Positions 14,901 through 23,800 of a stretch of DNA of 31,587 nucleotides are shown here, piece after piece (positions within the stretch are counted from its first letter, which is position 1; each line of letters starts with the position of its first letter). The stretch is from a virus (lineage: Duplodnaviria > Caudoviricetes): positions 1-31,587 of the IMG/VR virus record IMGVR_UViG_3300047669_002593; one strand, written 5' to 3'. The notes under the pieces are model-generated. The model did no database searches. It had not been told where the DNA came from and saw only the letters and a list, made by a program, of their open reading frames with translations. Position numbers and translations under genes: made by a program.

Positions 14901-17819
14901 CCAATAGGTTCTGTTGAGGAAAGGGCTATTTTCTGGAGCAGTAAACAGGATAGAACGATTTACTTGAAAGGTCCAACTTTTGCGAATCACCCCCTGGCGA
15001 AGGAGTATATTGATGCAACCTTGAATGATTTTGATACATATGTTGACTACAGCGGAAACACAGACCTCTTGGCGGCATTTAATTCATATGCTGCAGGAAC
15101 CCAAGAGGGGCAGGGGGGTGTGGCATCTGCGGCATATGGAGTTTGGAGTAAAGACTTACCTAAAGAGGGGTGGGGTTTTGCCCATTGGGAAAATCACGGC
15201 CAATTCGAAACTACACGCCACATGCCAAAGAAGGACGTTCGAATCCGCGGCTCGTTTATAGTTGGATCGAATGCAAAATGCATTACTCAAAATAACTACA
15301 ACTTAGTTGAACCAAGGTTTTCTGCGAACATGTATATAACCGACAGGATGCAGGCCGTAAAGATACTGAATCACCTGGCCTCTATATTTAGGGGTATAGT
15401 CGCTTATTCAGGAGGGAAAGTTCTTGCGATTCAGGACGCCTTAAAGGAGCCGATTCAACTATTTAATAATTCTAATGTTTCTCCAGACGGATTTTCCTAT
15501 ATGGGGACTGTGAAAAATAAAAGATTCACAGCTGTTTTGGTTCGATATAATGATAAGGATAATAACTTTAAGCCCGCCGTCGCGTATATGGAGGACGCTG
15601 ATGCAATAAATAAATTTGGATATATAGAAAATGACACAATCGGCTTTGGGGTAACTTCTCCCAGTCAAGCTCAAAGGCTAGCCAAATGGATTCTTCACAC
15701 CTCCCAACTGGAAACTGAAACCGTAACTTTTGTCACAGGGCAAGAAGCTGGTTATCTTTTTCCTGGATCAATTATAGAAATTTCAGATGAATCTAGGGCT
15801 GGGTCGTGGAGAAGCGGTCGTCTCTTGGGGGTGTACCCAACAACAGAAACTAGCGACTCCAACGGAGAATCCATAACAGTCAATTCTTCTTATTTTGCTA
15901 TAGATAAGACTCCTTCTGCTCCGACAACCGATAGGGTGGAGATTACCGTTCCTGCTGGTAGGGCGAACACTGCTCTACATAATCTAGACTCGAGAGCCGC
16001 TTCTGAAGGCAGCGCAGAAGATCAAGACTCTGAAATAGCAAATGTCCACGCCGCTCAGATGTTTAAATTTGACGGAATAATCTCCTCCTCTTCGAGTCAG
16101 CATACTACAAAGGGGCCTCGGGGACAGGATTCTATAATAAGAGACTTGAAGCTCAAGACGATAATCCGAGTTAAGTCTGAGGAAAACAAAATTACCTCCC
16201 CCTCTCACGGCTTAAAAATGGGGGATCGGGTAAGCTTTGTTTCTGAAGGAATTTTGCCCAAACCTTTAAGCAAATACAAGAGGGGGAGCACTGCCTATTG
16301 GGTGGTGGGCGCCACGAAGCACACTTTCCAAGTTGGCTTGGAAAATCCTTTTCTACCTCCCGCGAAAAGCGCCGTGTATATGTCATTTTTTCCAGAATAT
16401 AAATCACTTCATACTGCAGAAAATCAGTGGGGATTACCCCTAACGTTCTCAGACCTAGGAAGGGACGAATTCAATAACGAAGGTGGGTATCACTATTGGT
16501 GTCCAGAAGATCCTAAAAAAACTAGGGATGCAGTCTCTCAGGTGATGATCGGATCTCCTTGGGCTATTAAGGGTAGGGTTGGAGTGTCGGAAGATTCTCC
16601 GCTTGTCCTCGCTGGAGGAACCTTAGATAAGCTTTTCGGAATTTTTGATGTTGTAGGAGGGGTTGATGCGGGATATGGTTGGTACGAGTCTACCTGGCTT
16701 GGGTATTTTCAGATCACTGGTGTCGAAGGGTGGGTTTATACAACCTCCATAGGTTGGATATATTCCAAGGAAATTTATAATAGAGACCCAGGTAGCGACG
16801 ATATATGGTTTTGGAGCACCTCACTCGGGTGGATTTGGACTAATGATGATAATAAAAATACTTATTGGTACGTTAATGCGCGGGAGAGTCTCGACGCCTC
16901 AGCAGCTGTCTTCGCTGGATGGCTATATATCTCTAAGCTACCCTCTCACTTTTTCGTATTTGTGGATAATGCCAGGGAAGCATTTGTTACAAAAATGAAC
17001 GAAGAAAAACGATCAAACTGGGTTGGAACCTCTCATCGTATAGGCGGGGGCAGTGAATCGTTTAGTCTTATCGGGTCTGTAGAAAATCTGGGGTATTGGT
17101 TCGCAGCCAGTCAGTGGAAAAAGGGAGACTCGACCAGCACCTCTCCAGCATCCCCGTCTGCTCTGTCTAAAGCGGCTCTGGCCGCTAGGGATCCAATCTC
17201 TGCCATAGACGATATACCTATTGTGGAAATCTCCGCCTTGACGGACAGCCAGTCTGCCCTTGGAAGTTATTCGATAAAAATTAGCACTTATAATCCTGTG
17301 GGATTGGTTGGGAACTTGCATAAATTGGAAACTGGGGACGAGATTAGAATGAATGGAACTGATTCTTCATTGTATTTTGACTCAGATAGCCAAGATTTGG
17401 ATAATGAGTTGATTGGCTCTGACCCGAATCCTGATCCTCACCCTGGGAAATATTGGGTAATAGTTAGGCTTAATGAATACGAGTTCGAGTTGCAGGATTC
17501 GTCTGTCGCCGCCAAGCTCATGGATGGGGCAACAATCTCAACTAAGGGCAGTATAAACAAGGAAAGGCGCCCAGAAATCTCCGTAGAAAGGAAGCTTCAG
17601 GGGCAGTTCTTTAGAACAATTTCCATTAAAGAGGCTTCTGGTGGTAAATATGAAGTAGCTGGACTTGAATACAACCCAGCGAAATTTGACTCGATTGATA
17701 AAAAGACCGTAATCAAGAAGCCTTCTTTGCCTATGCCTCCGCAGGAGGACATGTCTCTCCCCGTCGCTCCAGACGATTTGAAACTAGTCGACTTAAGTTA
17801 CAACACGAAAGCTCAATAG
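11901..17819 (+). CDS. gpJ: Fused tail assembly protein I / tip attachment protein J, with multiple insertions
   Basis: gpI-like N-terminus MKTIHLHGELGERFGK..HIIPLIQGGG, a hydrophobic helix, and SYLFSG..QGIPVPLGYGRLRIGS. J motifs: LLCEGPIEG, YPHSA, VPSNYDP..YDGPWDGLF, WTDNPAWIFYDLVTN.RYGLG, IAKYCDELV, EPRF, QAQRLAKW, ETETVTF, YNPAKF. AAGGT lies upstream. Confidence 0.93.
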   Translation: MKTIHLHGELGERFGKKWNFAIDTPNEAFSAIHANTSGFIEYLNKQARKDIQYVVLTKNPEKLKTEKDFLKNAITSDGLGMRTSKKEFHIIPLIQGGGPVVGAFIVEVLVYTAVAIVVGLIVQGIMKMLFKPPEKKDPVTSKSYLFSGPQNVEAQGIPVPLGYGRLRIGSVVVGAKKSSRRDKNRNTSTTSQNEAARMLLESISEFEYSELLCEGPIEGFVNMNGGPISSPEAVTEGIFFNEVPVKNTPKYGAGMGDPNFLRPGGGRDEYGTLNFIMNEGVEREDGSMKMKMPQVRLGHAKEWDSSFFGEEAAEAWVGTSSTSNYQTILYGGAPYRKSSERLFASADSTVNSTGNEKGDLTTLRLSFEESIAGGAKLWSHSVINSDVDHIKISLRSMLSRQKDNGEVAPNHIMFGIRVRIGDRYYNPLEQSHFPLSSYFVNASKVRNDKGDLWNIIPNQTRIHGGVTLVKEGQKIRFFSNHIGLPPPRDGEPRRMLPTTNEGVLLEDKEYFVRNVERGEDMKIQGYGTTGTSTFEISETIDGAVLTFTKKGAWTSKSVEASERIGVASYWGFVEPSWNLSYKGTQEMRDGKGGLNQVVGNIPDNAFFQLTGCCTSEYEFDIEFNIPKVDASGYKIPTLGEASQIQICKFSSELDPSVKFTPASISNTDEFVLPKNYSNLNNPEPITVQRVHTGTSQNWRVLVLLEAWEKRQGSPFPIPRHWWTTEKQVSEGIGGVNQIKNLTISSITESVQEKFLYPHSAMIKLFFDSKNFSQIPTRSYHLKLKKVLVPSNYDPVSRVYDGPWDGLFRGQSTSSASIHSVDDRDLAWTDNPAWIFYDLVTNTRYGLGKFGVGEANVDKWQLYKIAKYCDELVETGYPYESQRRGCLISNTLGFLKINTSDNGGVVGSDWENHYPTEGKSAMIDYGARNKMLRREALKSGGSDEVFAVAVENLTAEEFEFEFGDKFSFKGKRVAFFINENSSDDVSASSAQLFAWTDEGNNPIGSVEERAIFWSSKQDRTIYLKGPTFANHPLAKEYIDATLNDFDTYVDYSGNTDLLAAFNSYAAGTQEGQGGVASAAYGVWSKDLPKEGWGFAHWENHGQFETTRHMPKKDVRIRGSFIVGSNAKCITQNNYNLVEPRFSANMYITDRMQAVKILNHLASIFRGIVAYSGGKVLAIQDALKEPIQLFNNSNVSPDGFSYMGTVKNKRFTAVLVRYNDKDNNFKPAVAYMEDADAINKFGYIENDTIGFGVTSPSQAQRLAKWILHTSQLETETVTFVTGQEAGYLFPGSIIEISDESRAGSWRSGRLLGVYPTTETSDSNGESITVNSSYFAIDKTPSAPTTDRVEITVPAGRANTALHNLDSRAASEGSAEDQDSEIANVHAAQMFKFDGIISSSSSQHTTKGPRGQDSIIRDLKLKTIIRVKSEENKITSPSHGLKMGDRVSFVSEGILPKPLSKYKRGSTAYWVVGATKHTFQVGLENPFLPPAKSAVYMSFFPEYKSLHTAENQWGLPLTFSDLGRDEFNNEGGYHYWCPEDPKKTRDAVSQVMIGSPWAIKGRVGVSEDSPLVLAGGTLDKLFGIFDVVGGVDAGYGWYESTWLGYFQITGVEGWVYTTSIGWIYSKEIYNRDPGSDDIWFWSTSLGWIWTNDDNKNTYWYVNARESLDASAAVFAGWLYISKLPSHFFVFVDNAREAFVTKMNEEKRSNWVGTSHRIGGGSESFSLIGSVENLGYWFAASQWKKGDSTSTSPASPSALSKAALAARDPISAIDDIPIVEISALTDSQSALGSYSIKISTYNPVGLVGNLHKLETGDEIRMNGTDSSLYFDSDSQDLDNELIGSDPNPDPHPGKYWVIVRLNEYEFELQDSSVAAKLMDGATISTKGSINKERRPEISVERKLQGQFFRTISIKEASGGKYEVAGLEYNPAKFDSIDKKTVIKKPSLPMPPQEDMSLPVAPDDLKLVDLSYNTKAQ

Positions 17820-17820
17820 A

Positions 17821-20800
17821 ATGGAAAACATGCAAACTTCAATTGGGATAGGTTTTGACGTTAATGATGTAAAGTCTTCTTATGAAGTTATAGGCACTTC
17901 AGATAATTATTCTTTCCAGGAAAAACTAGGAAGGGGAGGTTCGCTAGTTCTCTCTGAAGGGGAAAGATTTGAAAAGGCTATATCTTTGAAGGGTAATTAC
18001 GGTTATTTTAATGTTAGAGTTTTCGCCGTAAGCGATATAGGTATCCGATCCTCATTTATTGAATCGGGCATACATATTAACCCTCCCCAGTTCGATGACA
18101 CTTTTACTTTTTCAAAACTCGAAATCTCTAACCTTCCCAAAAATCCAACTGTAGGGTCTGCAATTGCGAATCTGCCAGAGCGTGAAAATAATATTCTCTC
18201 TGTTTCGTCTGAATATGTTGGCTCAGAAGTGCAATTTAACTGGGAGTTGACTCCTCCTCCTGGGCACTCTAGGGAGGGAACCTCTCTCTCGGACCAACTC
18301 CTGTCTGATGATTTATTTGACAAATTCTCATTGGAGCTAAAAAACGAAGGGACTGGTACGCTGGGGAATTTAAACGAATGCCAATCTCTTGTTTCATACT
18401 TAAAAACCCAAGATATATCTGGGGCTTTTTCGAGCTACAAGAACTTCTCTTTGCTTTTGGATGAGCAATGTTTCCACGAACTCAATATCGACAGGGCTTT
18501 TTCCCTTAAAGTTGTCGCTCACGACGTTTTTGGAAATACCTCTACAGGGGTAATAACTGGAACAAACTACAAGCCAGTAATAAATACCTTCAGCTCTTCT
18601 GTTATTGATTCCATTGCTGTTTTTCAATGGGGTCTTTTTGATACAGATTCAGCAGGGGTTTATGTCGGTCAGTTGGGGCTTCCTTATGGCGCTAGCTTGT
18701 ATGACCCAAAAAGCTTAAACAAAAGCTTAGATCATCTTAAATCTCTTCAAGGCGCAGAGGCATTTTCTGAGATGCGCACTTATGAGTCTGGGGAAGTTGC
18801 TTTATATTATGAAAATGTATACAAAGCCTCAGGAGACTTTGATGGCGCTGGAGTATTTAACCTTGCAGATTGGGATAATCTGGGACCTCCTATAGAGTAT
18901 CATCATCAAACCTATCACCAAGATTCTGATGAAATTGCCCTAGAACAAAATTGGGGATGGTCTTATTGTTATGCTTTTCAGCCTGAAGACGGCTACGGAA
19001 GGGGAGAGGTACATAACTTAATGCAAGACGGGAATATAGCCACAGGGTCGACGCTGGGGCAATTTAGGTCTACTTTAACGATTGCAGATCTTCGCTTTAG
19101 TGAGAGCGCTGATTCTTTTGCGTTTAACTGGAAAGTTAAGGATGATTCAGATAATACTATCGACCTTAATCGTTATAGGTTTTTAACGGATAAATCTGCT
19201 GGTATCGCGCCCAGGGTATTGGGGCTTAGTGGCTCCCTCTTTGATGCTGACACGAATCTATTTCTCTCTGGATTAACACAGGGAACCACTCAAGACTATA
19301 AGAGAAACACATTAAATATCGACAGCTTTGAGTATAAAAGAGAGCTAAATAATTTATTATATGGTACTGAAGGATGGCCTGGTGTTCCTCAAGCCTGGAG
19401 CTCTGCGGAATCATACTCTAGTGGGGATTTGGTTTTGGCTGATACTTTGTATGATATCTGGTCCGCAACTTCTGGCGTCGATTCCGACGTTTCCCCTTAT
19501 GTGTCTCCAACGTATTCATCATGGAAATCTAGTGGAAATTATACCTACCAGTCCAGCCCGCTTTACTACGATGTTGTTTCACAAGGAGGTTCATTATATG
19601 CTCCTACTGGCACTGGGTCTAAGTATGTCATGGGGCCGCTGGGCAATAATGTAAGCGGCGTATATAATGAACTATTGGATTATGTATCTGGAGACAAGGT
19701 TATTTGCCCCCTGTTTGTTAATATTTATTCTTCTGGGGAGGAGTACGCCGTTGGAGATAAGGTTTTATATGAAGGTAACATGTATAAGTGCGGCGTTACT
19801 CATGACCCTATCGATCCAGTTTCCCCAGGCGGGATTTATCCTCTGTATGTTGGAGTCGTAAAGGATTGGTGGTGGGCGGATCCATTCAGGGATGCTTATT
19901 CTGACGTTTATTTATGTACTGGTGCGAATGGCACGGGATCTGTTAACCACCTATCTTTACCAAGTACTGGATATCGCCACTGGCATTGGGAGGTTCCTGA
20001 GACCTCTTCTGGCTGGGTTAAGATTATTGACGCTTATCCGCTATCAGCTAAGGAGTGGAGCGACAAAGTAGCTTATACGGCTGGAGACTTTGTTTCTTAT
20101 TCTAATGATATATGGAGCGGAAGCAAGTATAGTGGGCCAATGTTCGCTAACGGAGCCCAGCCCCCCTCAGAAGGGTCTCTTTACTGGGACAATGAGCCAT
20201 ATGGAAACGATATAACTACCAGTCACCAAAAAGGCAATAAGGCTTACTTCTATAACTCTGTATATACCGCCTTAAGTGACAACCCAACTGGCTCCCCCAT
20301 GAAGCCGATCCAAGGTCATTGGGGCGTAGACTCTCAATGGATGCCTTATTGGGAACAAGTACAACTTAACTCCAATGTTGTCTATAAACACTTAGCAATC
20401 CCGCAAAGCGGAAAAAGAAGCGTTGGTTTTGAAATAGGAATTATTGATAGGGACGGAAAGCTCATTAGCTCTGAAAAAATCACTGCAGATAATCCCGCTC
20501 CAGCAATTCAGCAAGAGGGGTTTTCGGTAAATAGTCTAGAGGAAGCTGAAAAGGTCAAGTTTAACTTTAAGTACGCATTTGGACACAGGGAAAAAGTAAC
20601 TAAAGTTGAGCTTTATAGATCATCTAGCGATTCAGATTTATCCATACTTGACTCAAACGGACTTCCTGGATCTGGAGCACCCACTTTTGTGCAATCTTAT
20701 TTCGGAGGAGCAGAAAGGGATTTTGGTCAAAATATAACCCAAATAACTGACACTCCCCCCATAACTAACATCCAGGGAGAGGATCAAATTGTTTCGAATT

Positions 20801-23800
20801 ATTACAAAATTCTACCATACGATGACTTTGGTAGTGGTTACGAGTTCGATGTGAGTGAGTGGTTGGTGTCTATTGGGGAAAGTCCTGGGGTTTTGTGCTA
20901 CCCAAAAACCTTAAATAATAAAGATCCAAGCGTTCCTCCTGGGCCCATTCTTCGCCTTGCGTCTGGAGATATGCCTGGCGCGCCTTCAGGCTTCTCTGGA
21001 AGCTCTTCTTTTGAAAATTATTTTCTAAAATGGAGCATCCCTCCCGTTCACCCGCATCTATCCCCCGAAAGACAACCTAATGATCTTAGTCATTACGAAT
21101 TATGGTCTACTTCCAAGGGCGCTGCAGGAAACGATGCTCAGGATTACTTATATTTTCAAAGCGAAGCAAGCAAGTTAACCCATTATAGCAATACTGGCTA
21201 CAGGAGAATACTTGGAGATGTTTCGTCTGTAGGTCTCGTCCCTAATACTCAAGTTGATGCCTCCGAAGGAATTACAAACGCAACCAATATACTAAATGTG
21301 GACGCGTCTTCTCCGTATGTAAATATATCCGTCAAGGGGAGCTCGAACGAGAAAAGATATTTCTGGGTAAGGGCTGTTGATCAGGCTGGGAATAAAGGGC
21401 CATTCACTGGCAGTGCTAATTTGGTTGGGAGCGACGTCTTGGGTTTGGATGCGGGAACTCTCGGTCAGGTAAAAACCACAGACGTTGCAGATTTTGAGCA
21501 AAATATAACCAAGACGTTCCCTAATACCTTAGCTCTAGTCCCCACTAATCCATTTGAGAATGAAGATCCAAACTCCAACTCTATTAGTTGGCCGCAACAT
21601 TTTCTTTATCAAGATGGAGATGGTTATGTCGTCTCTGCGGGTAATACGGACGACTCTTATGTATACTGGAACTCAACTGGAGATAACGTAGTTGCTCTTA
21701 CCTCGTCTCAATCTGGCGAGCTAGGCTTGTTGCCGTCTCAAACTATAAACTCAAGCAATCCCCTGAGAAATATTGTCTGGAGCGGAAGATATGACTCTAT
21801 AGATCGTCATCCAGCTGGCAATAATGCTCAAGCCAGCGTTTTAGGGGAGAATAATTTCATTATCGCGAGAAACAGTAATGGCTTGGCCGTCCCGATGTGG
21901 CACGCATTTGCAAATGCCTCGATAGGAACTGCGCATATCCAGAACGCTGCGATTACAAATCTGAAGATTCATACTATGACCGCAGATAAAATAACTGCTG
22001 GAGAAATTCATAGTGAAGATGTTCAGATTGGAGGGACTGGACAAATTAGGTCCGCTGGCTTCGAAGGGCTGTCTGCCCCTGTTGGTCAGCAAGGTTTTGC
22101 CCTAAGTGGTGACGGCAGTTTTATATTTGCTGGAGACACGGGGAGGTTGTACTTCGATAATGGCGTCTTAACTATCGAAGGTATTATAAGAGAGAAAGAC
22201 GGAAGGCCGTTTACCATGACCACGGTAAGAGCAGAGCCTAGTATGTTTAAGTATACCCCAGCGGGAGTTGCGGATGGGCCTTCATATATAGATATATATG
22301 CGCAATTTCAAAACGTAGATGCCCACCTGGTCGAAAACGATATAAAATGGGCTATAGAGGGAGGGCCTACGTTAAACCCTTTCTCTTTGGGTTTCTCTGA
22401 TTCTCCATCGGTTGGACAAGAAATCAGCGGATTCACTTACGAGGGTTATAATGCAACCTCTATGGAGGCGCACGCAACGCTAACCTTAACTGGTTTTAAT
22501 GCTATGATAAGCGGTTTGCCCCCCTCGTCCTCAAGGTCAGACAGCGTTACGGTTTACGTCTCTGGATTTGAAACTAGAGCAATACATGCTGTAACTGTAT
22601 ACAAAAATGAAGATGGGGAAGCTGGGGTAACCGCCAATATAAACGCAGGAACTCAAGCGTTTGCTTATGGAACAAATCCTGCCGACGGGCTGATTGGGCC
22701 AGCAAGCGTTGAGGTGACTGGCGAAAGCTTTAAGTCTTTCGGTGATATATATTATCAGTTCTATGTTACTGGGGGTGAAGTGCAGAACTCAAATAGCGAC
22801 ACTACTATTACATACACTCCTCCCACTGGCTTTAATCAGATGCCAGAAAAAATAGAGTTGATCATAAGGGATGGCGCAACCAACGGCCCGATCCTAGCTA
22901 AGGACGCATTTACCATGTACGGAGTTAAGGCTGGCGAAGACGCTTATAGCGTATTTTTGACTAACGAAGCTCATACCTTTCCAGCAAACGAAAACGGAGA
23001 CGTTTTGTCTTCGAATTTATCTGACGGCTCAACAGAAATAAGGTTCTTTAGGGGGGACGATCAATACACTTATTCAAACGGAGGGTCTGCGGCAAATACA
23101 TATAGTGTCGCATCCAACACGAATGGAATTACTTTAAGTAGTGCCACTGTTGACAACCAACTGAAATTAACTCCCACAGACGTAACCAGCTCGAAGGGGT
23201 CTGTGGATTTTACTATTACAGATAATAAATATGGAGATTCCTTTGATAAAAGTTATACTTTTTCCGTCTCGTCGGTAGGCAGTGGAGCCAGAAGCGTCGC
23301 TTTGGCCTCAAGCTCTCAGGCGTTTTCCTATTCGATGCAGTCATTAACAAGGGCAGAACCAACGGGGCTACTGGACCCCGATGACCAATACCAAACTGTA
23401 ACTGCAACAGCCGAGGGCTTTACTGGTACCCCATATTACATTTTCTCGACTGGATTTTCAGGGGATATGGAAGCAAGTCACCGCGGGCCATGGAGGTCGC
23501 ATTGGCTTCCTCATCACACATATTATCCCCAGAAGCTTTTCGATGATATGCCAGAAACGCTTGAGGCGAGGGCTTATGATGGAATTCAGTGGACTGGCAC
23601 ATTACTGTGGGACGGAGACAGGTCTTTATCTCCCGATGATGTTTTCCATTTTTACAATTCCAACATGAATCCTCATTCTACTTCTTGGGATTCGGACCTG
23701 GGGCACTATGTTGGAGAAGGAACGGGTTGGATGTATCAAAACCCTTATCCCACGCTAAAGAATCCGCTTATCCCATATTACTCCCTCTGGAACGCTGCTG

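Noticed and set aside
14526-15308. Intein in J
   Set aside because: No Cys/Ser start paired with a His-Asn end, and no LAGLIDADG motif, is evident.
17817-17823. TAG readthrough or alternative genetic code joining J to the fibre
   Set aside because: The next ORF is in a different frame, and the long ORFs are intact under the standard code.
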